NCBI GenBank assembly: GCA_016931535.1
Contig: JAFGEP010000114.1
Coordinates: 26,412 to 90,411 of the forward strand
Reading direction: 5' to 3'
DNA from: Bradymonadales bacterium
GTDB lineage: Bacteria > Myxococcota_A > Bradymonadia > JAFGEP01
Length of the DNA stretch: 64,000 nt
Shown here: positions 19,927 to 29,849 of the stretch, piece by piece
Layout of the letters: the number at the start of each line of letters is the position of its first letter
How positions within the stretch are numbered: position 1 is the first letter of the stretch
Program-made: the position numbers and the translations under genes
The notes under the pieces: generated by a model
The model's database searches: none
Told to the model about the DNA's origin: nothing
The model's input: the letters and a program-made list of their open reading frames with translations, nothing else

Positions 19927-21093
19927 ATGGCAGCGAGTCCTGTCATCAACAACGTGAGAGCACTGACCTGGTCGTCCTACACCGCCATGTTCTTTTTAGG
20001 GGTGGGGATCACCCTGGTCGGGGCGGTCGCTCGGACAATCGGGCTCGAGGCTCACCAGATCGGGCTGTTGATCTCGGTGCAACATCTAGGGTTCGCCATC
20101 GCCGTGGTGGTTTCGGGTACTCTGGCGGACGTGGTGGGGAAAACCAGGCTGTTGCTGGCGGGCAGTATCTTGCTGGGGCCAGTTTTCTTGTTTCTGTTCG
20201 GAGGCTCTGTTTTCTGGGTCAACCTGGTGCTCATGCTGGTGATGGGCGCCGGGATCGGAGTGTACGAGGGGGTGACCGACGCCTGGCTGATCGACCTGCA
20301 CCGGGAGCGGCAGAGCCGATACGTGAGCATCAACCATTTCTTCGTCACCATCGGGGAGATCGGCATCACCCTCTACCTGGTCTTTTGGGCGGTCGGGTGG
20401 CGCGGATCGCTGGTGGGATCGGGGGTGGCCGTCCTGCTACTGGCGGCTTTTTTCGCCCTTGCAGATCAAAGGCCGCGGACCCAGGCGAACACCTCGTTTC
20501 TGGGGCAATGGCGCATCCTGCGCAATCGGCGCCCGTTGATCCTTTTGTTTGTCATCGCCATTCTGACCGTGGGGATCGAGCTGGGGACAATGGGGTACTT
20601 GACCACCTACCTGGGGGAGATCAGGGGATTTGGTCATGCGGAAAGCCAGATGGGGCTGGTCTTGTTCTTGCTGGGCGTTGCGGTGGGCAGGTTGATCATC
20701 GGCCTGGTGGTCCGGGAGGATCAGGTGATGCGATGGGTCGCCTTGCTGTTCGCGGTGGCCAGCGGGGCTTTTGTGCTGCTGTACACCACCGACCTGGGGC
20801 GGTTGTCCTTTGTCGTCGTGTTCCTGTCCGGATTTTCGGTTTCGGCGACCTTTCCCCTCCTCATCTCGCTGGTGGCCCGAGCGGCGCCGGAGGCATCGGG
20901 TGCTGCCATCGGCCTCTTGAAGGTGACCATTCCCCTGGGAGGGATGGTGGTCGCCTTTCTGATCTCCCGACTCTCCCGGACCATGCCCCTCCAGATGGCG
21001 TTGCTGGCCATCCCCGCTGCCGCTCTGCTGGGGTTGTTGGTGGTATTGGCCCTCTCCGGCCTGGACCGCCGTTTCAGCATCCGATGTAGGTGA
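19927..21093 (+). CDS. MFS transporter (12 TM segments)
   Basis: Hydrophobic periodicity throughout, the MFS-like GTLADVVGKTRLLL (loop 2-3 G-x-LaD-r-GrR-like) motif, and a duplicated 6+6 TM layout. Confidence 0.75.
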   Translation: MAASPVINNVRALTWSSYTAMFFLGVGITLVGAVARTIGLEAHQIGLLISVQHLGFAIAVVVSGTLADVVGKTRLLLAGSILLGPVFLFLFGGSVFWVNLVLMLVMGAGIGVYEGVTDAWLIDLHRERQSRYVSINHFFVTIGEIGITLYLVFWAVGWRGSLVGSGVAVLLLAAFFALADQRPRTQANTSFLGQWRILRNRRPLILLFVIAILTVGIELGTMGYLTTYLGEIRGFGHAESQMGLVLFLLGVAVGRLIIGLVVREDQVMRWVALLFAVASGAFVLLYTTDLGRLSFVVVFLSGFSVSATFPLLISLVARAAPEASGAAIGLLKVTIPLGGMVVAFLISRLSRTMPLQMALLAIPAAALLGLLVVLALSGLDRRFSIRCR

Positions 21094-21487
21094 TGGCATC
21101 GAGCAGCAGCTCGCCGACCATCACCTGGACGGCAACGGGTTTCCGCAGGTTGCCTTCCAGCTCCAGGGTCTCGACGGCGCGAACCTCCGATCCGGACAGG
21201 TCGAGCCAGACGACGCCGGTGAGCACGCGGGATGGATTGCCGAGGTCAGCTACCATCAGCGGCACCTCCCGGTCTCCCACTCGCCTGGTGATGCGGCGAA
21301 ATCCGAGGCAGACAGCAGGGGCGAACGGGATGCTCCTTCCCACCAGGGCGGACATCCGGGCGGGGTCCTGCAGAGCGCCGCACACGAACAGGTTGACCTT
21401 CCCTGCCAGGTAGTCTGGGGCGGGGTCCGCGGGGCCGTCGATAAAGAGGAGCGCGCTGATCTGGGGTTGGTAGCGGGGCTGATACAT
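21074..21487 (-). CDS. Gamma-glutamylcyclotransferase/AIG2-like family protein
   Basis: NLFVCGALQDP matches the YGTL/GGCT N-terminal motif, with a conserved downstream Glu region. Weak. Confidence 0.4.
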   Translation of the reverse strand: MYQPRYQPQISALLFIDGPADPAPDYLAGKVNLFVCGALQDPARMSALVGRSIPFAPAVCLGFRRITRRVGDREVPLMVADLGNPSRVLTGVVWLDLSGSEVRAVETLELEGNLRKPVAVQVMVGELLLDAITYIGC

Positions 21488-21562
21488 GGCAGTTTCACCG
21501 AGAGAGTACGGGAGTGGTCAGCAACTGTCGATTCCAGGCTCCATTGGACAAGAGTGGGCGAA

Positions 21563-23068
21563 TCACGAGGTGGCTTCGGTTGGCAGCACCCGTTCACTTT
21601 GGGCGGCCCGGTAGCAGATCTCTCTGAGCTCCAATGCGGCAACCAGGTCGTCGGGCCGGATCGGGGACAGCAGACGGCCCCGCAGGAGCTCGAGGAACTG
21701 CTCGGCCCCATGGCGGTAGACACAATCCCAGGCTGCCTCCAGGCCGGACTCCACGCCCAGCGAGTAGGCCTGACGCCCGACCCGGACGAAGATGGGCGCG
21801 GCCTGAGTGCGTCGGGCCATTCCTCTTCTGAGCCAGATGATGCCATCGGAACCCGCGACTTCGGCCTCCAGGTCATAGGGCAGATGCTTGGTCTCAAGCC
21901 AAAGCCCGGGGGCGAAGGTGACCTCCAGATGCCCGAAACAGCCGGGGTTTTTCCACTTGCAGGCGATCAGACCCTGTCCACCACGAAGCGGATCCATGGG
22001 GTTCAGGTAGGCGGCCACCCGCTCCACCGGACCGCCGAAAAAGAGCAGCAGCAGTAGCTGGTCGAAGGCCGGATGGGCCAGGTATCGCTCGGCGGGAGGT
22101 CGGCTGTCCCATGAGTGCGCAGTCTTCTTGTCGGGCGGATCGCCGGAACCGATCTCCTGGTGGATCGATGGGGTCAAGCCGTCATCGATCTGCGTCGATC
22201 TCGGTCGGTTCCCTTCGTGGAGGAGCTCTCCAGGGATGGCGGACAGGGGTGCGCCGTCCTGTGGTGGGGTCGCCGTCCCCAGGGTGGCCCGGATCCGCAG
22301 GCCGCAGATCTCGCCGATCTCGCCGGCTGCGAGCAGCCGCTTCACCTCGTGCACGGGGGGGTAGAAGAGGTAGGGATGGTATAGCCGGATCGGGTTGCCC
22401 AGCTGTTGGGCCGCATCGAGCAGACGTCTCAGGGTCCGGGGATCGTCGAGGCAGCTCGCATGGAGGGAGAGGCCGAGTCCCTGTCTTAGGGCGGCGACGG
22501 AAAGCTCCTCATCGAGGGGGCCCGGCCCGCCGATCTCCAGCCCATCGAGGTGCGCAAGCGAGAGGGCTGACTGATCCTGGCACGAAACGACCTGGACCTC
22601 CGGGGAGCTCTGGTAGATCTCGTGCAGCCTCTGCAGATCGTAGCTGTCACCCACCAGCGCGATCCGAAAAGGCTCTTCGGGTTTCCGGGGGCCCCTGACC
22701 GATCGATCGGCCCGATGGGCCGTGATGAAGGGGGTTCTCCGTGGATTGACCTGGTGGGTCAGGATCCCCTGGATGAGGGCCTTGAGCTGTGCGGGTCGGC
22801 ATTTGAGGACCATTCGCCGCAAGGCGTCCCAGCCGCGGGGATCGTTGCGGATCAGATCCTCGACGTCCTCGAGGGCCACAGCGCGCAGCGGTCCACCCAG
22901 CTTGAACAGGCGCAGGAACCAGCCCAAAAAAGAGAGACCGGCCAGAAGGAGCCGCTTCGGGAGCCGGACCACCAACCTGGCGGCCTTCATGGCGATCCAG
23001 GAGAGCAGGCGTCGGTACAGGGGGCTGGTTGGCTTGACCTTTTCGATCGGGAGGACGGGCTGCATCAT
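21563..23068 (-). CDS. Hypothetical protein with N-terminal hydrophobic segment and a possible divergent Rossmann/Gfo-Idh-MocA-like region
   Basis: LLLAGLSFLGWFLRLF, then FRIALVGDSYDLQRLHEIYQSSPEVQVVS. Weak similarity only. Confidence 0.35.
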   Translation of the reverse strand: MMQPVLPIEKVKPTSPLYRRLLSWIAMKAARLVVRLPKRLLLAGLSFLGWFLRLFKLGGPLRAVALEDVEDLIRNDPRGWDALRRMVLKCRPAQLKALIQGILTHQVNPRRTPFITAHRADRSVRGPRKPEEPFRIALVGDSYDLQRLHEIYQSSPEVQVVSCQDQSALSLAHLDGLEIGGPGPLDEELSVAALRQGLGLSLHASCLDDPRTLRRLLDAAQQLGNPIRLYHPYLFYPPVHEVKRLLAAGEIGEICGLRIRATLGTATPPQDGAPLSAIPGELLHEGNRPRSTQIDDGLTPSIHQEIGSGDPPDKKTAHSWDSRPPAERYLAHPAFDQLLLLLFFGGPVERVAAYLNPMDPLRGGQGLIACKWKNPGCFGHLEVTFAPGLWLETKHLPYDLEAEVAGSDGIIWLRRGMARRTQAAPIFVRVGRQAYSLGVESGLEAAWDCVYRHGAEQFLELLRGRLLSPIRPDDLVAALELREICYRAAQSERVLPTEATS

Positions 23069-23156
23069 CGGAGTCCTCTGTGCCTGGCTTCAGGTCCTGC
23101 TTGTTGTCCAATCGGTGCGGTCCCCGCGGCGACTGCACTCGAGAGGATCCCCCATC

Positions 23157-24260
23157 TCACGGCGATAGCTCCAGCTCGCGACGGACCAGGTCGTCGGTGA
23201 CCTCGTCGGGCCGGATCTCGCGGCCCGTCCTGGCGGCGACGATCAGCGCGTAGGCGAACTTCAGGAGTTCCAGCGCCCTGGCTGCCGAGATCAGCGTTTC
23301 ACGCCCCTCGACCAGGGCTCGGGGAAAATCGCGGATGCCGGCGGTGAAGCTGGCCTGCCAGTCGGTTTCCAGATCGTCGAGCTCGATCCGTTGCCCACCC
23401 CGAACCAGGATGAGCGGCGCCTCGTCCACCAGCCGGCCGGTACATCCGGTGAGCTGCATCATCCCCTCGGTGCCCACGAGATCGATGCGCTCGTCGGCCG
23501 GGAAGTAGGCGGAGTGGGTATAGAGGTTGGGGGAGAAGGCCAGGTCGAAGCTTCCCAGGGTGTCGGAGTCCCGGTACCGCCAGATGAGCTGGCCCGGCTC
23601 GTCGATGAACTCGAAGGAGCGATCGATGAACCCCTTGACGGCCTCGATCGGTCCGATGAAATGAACCGCCAGGGAAAGCTTGTGGTAGCCGTCGTCGAAG
23701 ACCGCCTGGCCCATGCCCTTCTCCGACTCCATCAGGTGCCAAAGCTCGCTTTTCAGCGGGATCCAGCGCGAGCCGAACAGGCTGGAACCCAGCTTGAAGC
23801 GGATGGTCAAGGGCCGTCCGATCGCTCCCGCGTCGAGCAGCTCCTTGGCCTTGACGTAGGGGGGGTAGAAGACGAAGTTCTCGAGGATCCGGAGCCGGCC
23901 TGGGCTTCGGCGCTCTGCCTCGATCATCGCTTGGGCGTCGGCGACGGTGGTGGCGATCGGCTTCTGGCAGGCCACGTGCTTGCCGGCGTCGAGCGCCTCG
24001 ACCACCACCTGGCGATGGAGGTGGTGAGGCAGGTTGATCTCCACGATGTCGATCTCGGGATCCTCCAGGATCTGGGCATAGTCCCGGCAGGTGCGGTCGA
24101 TCCCCCACTGGGCGGCTCGCCGGGCCAGCAGGGTCTCATCGACGTCGCACAGGGCGACGAGCCGGGCCAGCTCGAAATCCCGGTAGGCGGGACGATGGAG
24201 CGCCGTGATGTCCCCGACCCCGATCATGGCGACCTGGAAGGTCCTCGATGGCGTACTCAT
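23157..24260 (-). CDS. Gfo/Idh/MocA-family NAD(P)-dependent oxidoreductase
   Basis: MSTPSRTFQVAMIGVGDITALHRPAYRDFELARLVALCDVDETL...EPEIDIVEINLPHHLHRQVVVEALDAGKHVACQKPIA is the canonical Gfo/Idh/MocA N-terminal domain. RBS aggaaag before the ATG. Confidence 0.8.
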   Translation of the reverse strand: MSTPSRTFQVAMIGVGDITALHRPAYRDFELARLVALCDVDETLLARRAAQWGIDRTCRDYAQILEDPEIDIVEINLPHHLHRQVVVEALDAGKHVACQKPIATTVADAQAMIEAERRSPGRLRILENFVFYPPYVKAKELLDAGAIGRPLTIRFKLGSSLFGSRWIPLKSELWHLMESEKGMGQAVFDDGYHKLSLAVHFIGPIEAVKGFIDRSFEFIDEPGQLIWRYRDSDTLGSFDLAFSPNLYTHSAYFPADERIDLVGTEGMMQLTGCTGRLVDEAPLILVRGGQRIELDDLETDWQASFTAGIRDFPRALVEGRETLISAARALELLKFAYALIVAARTGREIRPDEVTDDLVRRELELSP

Positions 24261-24636
24261 GGTCTTTCCTACAGATGTCCGGAGTGAACGAGCAAGCCAT
24301 ACCAGATCGGAGCGAATCCGGCATCTGGATCGTGGGCGGCGGGCCCAGCGAGAACCGATGAGGCGCAGATCTTCAGGGCGAGCAACGAGCGGGGGGTTGT
24401 TTTCACTCACCATCGAACCCCTCCCGGAACCGCCGAATGCCGAGGCATGCTCCATGCCTCCCGTGCGGATGGGGCCTTTGGCGACAGGGAACCCGGGGGT
24501 GAGAAGGCCGGTCCACCAGCAGATGCGCGAGAGATCGGAGAGGCGGGGCCCGGCCTCCCGGTTGTTGCCCGCTTGCACACATGCTAAGTTCTGGCTGGCT
24601 AAAAATATCGAGATCCGAACACAAAAGAAGGTCGAC

Positions 24637-25224
24637 ATGGACGAGCAGCCAAAGATCTCTTCAAGCGCCCTGGACAAGGAATCGCGGATCAACCTGATCA
24701 ACCGGCGGTCGGTCGCCTGGCTGCTGGAGGTGGCAGCGATCAACGCCGTGGTCGCGCCGGTGGTGCTGGCTGTGTACTTCCACGCCCGGCCAGTGGTCCT
24801 GGCGGAGCTGGCCCAGGGCACTACCGCCGTGCTATTCCCCATCCAGCTGGCCATCTGGGGTGTCTACCTGGCCATCCGCGATCTCGTGGGAGCCACCAGT
24901 TTCGGGAAATACCTGGTCGGATTGGGGCTTGCGCCTTCTGGGGATTCCGCCGGAAGAGTGCCGATCGGATCGCGGGTGCTGCGGAACCTCCCGCTGATCA
25001 TCCCATTCGTGCCGGTGATCGAGTTTGTGATCGCCTACTATGGAAACGACCAGATGCAGAGGCTGGGAGACAAGCTGGCCAAGACGCAGGTGGTCGACCT
25101 CGACACCAGAAAGAGCCTGGGAAGCTGGAGCGGTATGCTGTTGCTCGCCTTCCTGCTATTTCTGGGTATCAACTTCTTGCTTGTGCCCAGGCTGATCGCG
25201 CTCTACCTCGGCTGGCTTGGATGA
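24637..25224 (+). CDS. Small polytopic membrane protein (RDD-family-like)
   Basis: Three to four TM helices. The GATSFGKYLVGLGLAP region resembles the RDD family. Confidence 0.45.
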   Translation: MDEQPKISSSALDKESRINLINRRSVAWLLEVAAINAVVAPVVLAVYFHARPVVLAELAQGTTAVLFPIQLAIWGVYLAIRDLVGATSFGKYLVGLGLAPSGDSAGRVPIGSRVLRNLPLIIPFVPVIEFVIAYYGNDQMQRLGDKLAKTQVVDLDTRKSLGSWSGMLLLAFLLFLGINFLLVPRLIALYLGWLG

Positions 25225-25656
25225 TCCGGGGGACAGGTTGACGGTTGATCGGTTCGCCCTCCTGGCGCCTGCAACTCAGTTCCAGCCAGCCTCTCCCTGA
25301 GATCCTGGAGCAACCTGCCTGCTGCCACGCGTTGGACCGCCCGCCGCATCGACCACGGATCCGTTCCCAGGACGGTCTTCTTTTCCGCCGCCTCCTGTCG
25401 GCCGACAGCCCAGCGCGATCGGTCGATCCGGTCAGAGACCCCGACAGCGCCCATCAAATAACTGTCGGGGCATGGCGCCCATGTCGCGATCGAGGGTTTT
25501 TCGGGAGGCTTCCCAACCAGCGGAACCGGGAGTCGCTTTGTCCAAAGGCGGCTCCAACCGGGGGGTATGGATTTTGGCAAGGCACTTGCTAGAGTGATCG
25601 GGCAGCCTGATGGAATCGCCAGTGTGAACAGCCCCATCGAGAGGGAGGAAATAGCC

Positions 25657-26829
25657 ATGATGCGACGAGCTGGTTTGGTGTCTGTTTTTGCTTTGGTCTT
25701 GGGAGGACTCACCGGCCTGGCCTGGGCCGAGGGGGAGGAGTGCACTGCCGACTCGGAGTGCGCGGAGGGTGAGGCATGCATCATGATGCCTTGTGCCATG
25801 CCCTGCGATCCAGACGAGGCGGGAGCTTGCGAGGAGACCTGCGACCCGGTCGGGATGTGCATGGTGGTGGAGGAAGACCCCTTCTGGTCGGAGTGCCAGG
25901 TAGACGAGGACTGCCCCTCTGGTTTTGTCTGCGAGGAGATCGGGGGTGTCGGCTGTTTGGTTCCTCCCTGTCCCGAGGGAGAGGAGTGCCCCGTGCCGCC
26001 GGAATGCGAGGAGGAGACGATCTACGGCTGCGTGCCGGCGCCTTGCCTGAGCGATGCCGACTGCGCGCCGGGTCTGGTCTGCCTGTCGGTCACCTACGAG
26101 ATGTGCGAGGGGATGGCACGACCTGACTGCGACCCGGAGGATGACGATTGCGACGGCGGTTCGGAAGGGGGGGAAGAGGTCACCTGCGAAACTTACAGCG
26201 AGAGCTTCTGTGCTCCGCCCTACCTGGCCCCCTGTGCCGAGGACGCCGATTGCGGGGAGGGCTTCCGCTGTGTCGAGGCCGAAGAATGCGTCTGTGAGGC
26301 CAACGCGGTCGTGCGCGATGAGACCACAGGAGAGGGAAGCAGCGACTCCAGCGGTTCCGAGGGCGGTGGTGCGACCGACGAGGAGGAGCCGGAGTTCGAC
26401 TGCACCTGCGAGCCCAGCGGCCAGTTCTACTGCGAACCCCAGCAGATCGCCTGCGAGGACAACGAGGACTGCCCCGAAGGATGGATCTGTGAGGATATCC
26501 CTGACATGACCACCCCTTGCGAATGGGACGAGGAGCTCCAGGACCTGGTCTGCGAGGAGCCGGCCGAGGAGATGCCCGATCTCTGCATGCCTCCCTTCTG
26601 GAATGCCTGGGGAGCCTCCAGCGATGGATCGGGGTACACCGAGGCGCTCGATGAGGCCAGTGGGGGTAACGAATCCCGCGCCATGCCGGTCGTCGTGGCG
26701 GATCCCGACGATCAAACGCCCCACGTAGGTGGAGGCTCCGGTTGCCAGGTGGCGACCGGTCGAGGTACCTGGGCCGCCTCCCTGCTGGGCCTGTTCGCAC
26801 TGGTGCTGGCCGTGCGGCGCCGGAAGTGA
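25657..26829 (+). CDS. Highly acidic Cys-rich secreted protein with a MYXO-CTERM-type C-terminal sorting signal
   Basis: Signal MMRRAGLVSVFALVLGGLTGLAWA. More than 50 Cys in repeated DxDCPxGxxC/EECxCE motifs. The C-terminus GGGSGCQVATGRGTWAASLLGLFALVLAVRRRK is a MYXO-CTERM signature. Confidence 0.75.
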   Translation: MMRRAGLVSVFALVLGGLTGLAWAEGEECTADSECAEGEACIMMPCAMPCDPDEAGACEETCDPVGMCMVVEEDPFWSECQVDEDCPSGFVCEEIGGVGCLVPPCPEGEECPVPPECEEETIYGCVPAPCLSDADCAPGLVCLSVTYEMCEGMARPDCDPEDDDCDGGSEGGEEVTCETYSESFCAPPYLAPCAEDADCGEGFRCVEAEECVCEANAVVRDETTGEGSSDSSGSEGGGATDEEEPEFDCTCEPSGQFYCEPQQIACEDNEDCPEGWICEDIPDMTTPCEWDEELQDLVCEEPAEEMPDLCMPPFWNAWGASSDGSGYTEALDEASGGNESRAMPVVVADPDDQTPHVGGGSGCQVATGRGTWAASLLGLFALVLAVRRRK

Positions 26830-26834
26830 ATCGC

Positions 26835-26856
26835 CAGCGGGCCGCAAACCGCTGAA
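26835..26856 (+). terminator. GC hairpin (cagcgg-gccgcaaa-ccgctg) 6 nt after the stop of the MYXO-CTERM protein gene; no T-tract
   Basis: Seen directly. Myxobacterial intrinsic terminators often lack U-tracts. Confidence 0.35.
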
Positions 26857-27138
26857 GTCCTATCGACGATCGCTACCTCACAAACCACAACACGCACCCT
26901 GCAGCCCGCAATCTGCACCCTGCAGCCCGCAATCCGCAACCTGCGCGCATCGCTTCCTTGGGGAACTTTCTGCACCGCAGCGCGAGCCCGGGCTTGAAAG
27001 ACTTGAAAGGTGAAGCCGACGAGCGGATGCAGGGCAAGAATTGCGACCCCTGCTGCGCTGATCGCTCGCGCTCACTCTCATGCTCAGGTACAGGTCGAGG
27101 GGAACCACTCCCGGGAGGTTGCCCCCTGCTCCTTCTCC

Positions 27139-28047
27139 CTACAGCCCCAACCTGCGGACTTCCATGGCGCTGGTGAAATGCTCGTCGGACTCGCCGGGGT
27201 AGCTGGTGGCTCGGGCCACCTCGCCGTAGCACTCGAACAGGAAGGAGACCATCCTCTGGGAAGTGGCGGTTCCCACGGCCGGACTGAGCACGGTGTGCGT
27301 GCGCACCAGGAGAGCCTGGGTGAAGGTCAGATCGGGAAGGAGCAGGCGCCCTGACCCGTCCACAACCACCTGGTAGGTGTCCCTGCCCGCGTAGGGCAAC
27401 CCCCGGTACAGCCCGTCCGTGATCTCTGCTGTCGCAATCCAGGTGTCACCGGGCTTCAGGGGAAACCGATAGAGCAATATGGGCGTATCGTACACGAGAA
27501 GGGTACGGCCTTCGGGGGGATCGGGGTCGGTGGAGGCCACTCCGAGAAGGTAGAGACCGGTGGAGTCGTGAAGATAGACCGCTTCGGTTGCTCCGTCGGC
27601 GTCGAAGGCGGTGACGAACTGCCCGGTCGGGAAAGAGGCGGCGTACCACCTGCCGGTCAGCAGGGAGGCGCTGAGTCGGACCACCTGGTCGCTGGCGTAG
27701 TCGGCGCCCCAGTCCCACACCCGCCTGTCGGATGGGTCCAGCGCACCGATGCTGTCGATGGCACGCGCCTGACCGGCAGGCGAGATCAGGTAGGAGATGG
27801 GGACATCAACCGCGGGCTGGAGCTCGTCGGCATCGATCTGGCCATCGAGGTTGGGGATGCAGGTGAGCGGAGGTAGCAGCTCCGGCTCGTACTCCTGGCG
27901 ATCGGGGGGAAAGGACAGGTTGTCGGAACAGGCGAGAGTGGTGATCCAGAGCAGTGCGGCGAGGAGCGGCAGGAAAGAGGCCCCAGGTCGAGATCCGGGT
28001 CGACTGTCGGCCCCAAATCCCCGGGCTCGGTGCTCAGGATCAACCAC
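27139..28047 (-). CDS. Secreted lipoprotein (paralog of 30913-31923); start uncertain (GTG near 28047 preferred over the listed 28266)
   Basis: ASFLPLLAALLWITTLACSDN lipobox. Shares CIPNLDGQIDADE... and a C-terminal EVRRLGL with the paralog, which has CIPNHDGLIDRSE...EIRRLAP. Confidence 0.6.
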   Translation of the reverse strand: MVDPEHRARGFGADSRPGSRPGASFLPLLAALLWITTLACSDNLSFPPDRQEYEPELLPPLTCIPNLDGQIDADELQPAVDVPISYLISPAGQARAIDSIGALDPSDRRVWDWGADYASDQVVRLSASLLTGRWYAASFPTGQFVTAFDADGATEAVYLHDSTGLYLLGVASTDPDPPEGRTLLVYDTPILLYRFPLKPGDTWIATAEITDGLYRGLPYAGRDTYQVVVDGSGRLLLPDLTFTQALLVRTHTVLSPAVGTATSQRMVSFLFECYGEVARATSYPGESDEHFTSAMEVRRLGL

Positions 28048-28173
28048 ATCTTGGTGATTCCTCTTGATGAGAGCAGTAGGGACAGGTCTTGCCCTGCCCT
28101 CGTCTTCGGGGAAACGGGGCGCAGCAAGTGCCGCCCCTACGTCTTGGTATGTGGCCCGGGACAGGGATGGTGG

Positions 28174-28272
28174 CATGTCAGGTCTCGCTCGCATGATCAG
28201 GTCTCCAGCGTGTGCGTCTTGGGATTGCGCCATTGGGGATGGCGGCATGTCAGGTCTCGCTCGCATGATCAG
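28174..28272. repeat. 37-bp direct repeat, two copies 61 bp apart, spanning the OMP-gene stop and the lipoprotein 5' region
   Basis: gggatggtggcatgtcaggtctcgctcgcatgatcag (28174-28200) and ggggatggcggcatgtcaggtctcgctcgcatgatcag (28235-28272). Confidence 0.75.
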
Positions 28273-29849
28273 AATCCATAGACCAGGCGCACGCGGAGAA
28301 GCTGCGCGGGTTTGGCGGGCAGCTCGGCGGTCGGGTTGTCCAGGCCGGACAACGGGAACAGCACCGCGTGCTCGAGTGCCGCCGAGAAGCTGGAGTACCG
28401 AAACAACAGGGTGGGATCGATCTCCACTCCAAGGGGATTGTCCCCTCCCGGCGTGGAAGCGCTCTGTACGGCCCAGGATGCGACGGCTGCCACGGCGAGC
28501 TCGAGGTCCCCCGGTCCGAAACGGGCCACCCGCCAGCGCAGGTGAGGTCGGAGATAGAAGGCATCGGTGACGGTGCCGACGATCTCCCGGAAGAGGATTC
28601 GATCCACCCGGTAATCGGGGTGAAACCGGAAGTTGTCGATCCGGTTGTCATGGGGAGGAGCCGCCTGGGGGCCGTCGAGGTCGCCCGGCCGAGGGGCCGC
28701 GCCGGTCTCGTCGGGAAAAGCCCCGAAACCGGGGGTCGGATCGCCGCTGGCCATCCCGAGGTCGATTCCGAAGGAGAAGGCGGCTTGAGGTTCGCCGATC
28801 TCACTCTCCACAGCCAGGCCATACTGGGTGCCCGAGACCGGCTCATGCAGCAACACCCCGGGGATCAGCGAAGGCTGGTCGAAGCGGGCCAGCATCAAAG
28901 CCCCTTCGGCCTCGATCCTCAGGCTGGGCAAGGTCAGCCGAAGCCAGGCATCAAAGGCGGTGGCGGTGAACCCTCGAGCCATGACCTGAGTCGGGCCGAT
29001 CTGAGCCGAGGTAGCCAGCGGCAGGTAGCTGGCCGGGATGTCGTTCGTCTGCCAGCGGTGACTGACGTAGGCTCCATACTCGAAGGATGGCCTGTGGGCG
29101 CGGAGCCGTCTCAGGATGGCCAGGTCGTTGTAGTGTCGGAGCAGGGCGAAGGTCAGGGTGCGCACGTCGTCGGTGGGCTCCAGGTCGAGAGTCCGCGCGG
29201 GGTTCTGCCGCCGTGCGCTGGGGCCGGTTGCCGAGAAGTCGTAGGCGACAGCCCAGAGGTGGCCGATGAGCGGCGTGATCAATGCGATCCGGTCGCCGGC
29301 GTCCCCGCTGTCACAGTCGGCACAATCTCCACCATTGGTGAGCATGCCCAGACCCCAGTGACACCCCATGCGACCGGCTGCCAACAAGCCGAAAGGAAGC
29401 AGCATCTCTCCGTAGGCACGTCGGATGGTCACCCCGGCCAGCGGTGGCTGCTGGGTAGTGGTGCCCGCCGGGGGTCCTTCCGGAAGGCTGCCCAGCTCCA
29501 GGTTGTCCAAGAGGTCGAGGCGAAGCTTCACGGCGAGGCCGGCCGCCGGGACATAAGCCGACAGGTCCATGCGCAGCCGCATGTCGGCATGGGTCAACGA
29601 CTGGGCGGTCGGATCGGCCAGCGGGACGGGAAACAGCAGATCCCCCGAAGGGGTCGGCCCGCGGTCGAGGTCTAGGTTGTACAGATCCTCTCCCCGGATC
29701 CGAAAGAAGCCCCCCAGCTCCAGGGTGGTTTCCGAGCGCCCCTCGATGTCCTGACCGAACTCGGTGAAGCCGGTGGCATGACCTGCGAGGGGCCAAAGGA
29801 GGGCAAGCAGGGAAAACGCCAACGGCCAGCTCTGGAGAATCGGCTTCAT
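28269..29849 (-). CDS. Putative outer-membrane beta-barrel protein (C-terminal Phe)
   Basis: Signal MKPILQSWPLAFSLLALLWPLAGHA. Alternating amphipathic strands. The C-terminus ...LLRVRLVYGF ends in the typical OMP aromatic residue. The ATG overlaps the hydrolase stop (ATGA). Confidence 0.55.
   Translation of the reverse strand: MKPILQSWPLAFSLLALLWPLAGHATGFTEFGQDIEGRSETTLELGGFFRIRGEDLYNLDLDRGPTPSGDLLFPVPLADPTAQSLTHADMRLRMDLSAYVPAAGLAVKLRLDLLDNLELGSLPEGPPAGTTTQQPPLAGVTIRRAYGEMLLPFGLLAAGRMGCHWGLGMLTNGGDCADCDSGDAGDRIALITPLIGHLWAVAYDFSATGPSARRQNPARTLDLEPTDDVRTLTFALLRHYNDLAILRRLRAHRPSFEYGAYVSHRWQTNDIPASYLPLATSAQIGPTQVMARGFTATAFDAWLRLTLPSLRIEAEGALMLARFDQPSLIPGVLLHEPVSGTQYGLAVESEIGEPQAAFSFGIDLGMASGDPTPGFGAFPDETGAAPRPGDLDGPQAAPPHDNRIDNFRFHPDYRVDRILFREIVGTVTDAFYLRPHLRWRVARFGPGDLELAVAAVASWAVQSASTPGGDNPLGVEIDPTLLFRYSSFSAALEHAVLFPLSGLDNPTAELPAKPAQLLRVRLVYGF

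Noticed and set aside
26880-26960. Short tandem motif caccctgcagcccgcaatc x2 downstream of the MYXO-CTERM gene; possible small RNA
   Set aside because: Only two copies, and no promoter or terminator context could be established by eye. Mentioned only as a curiosity.
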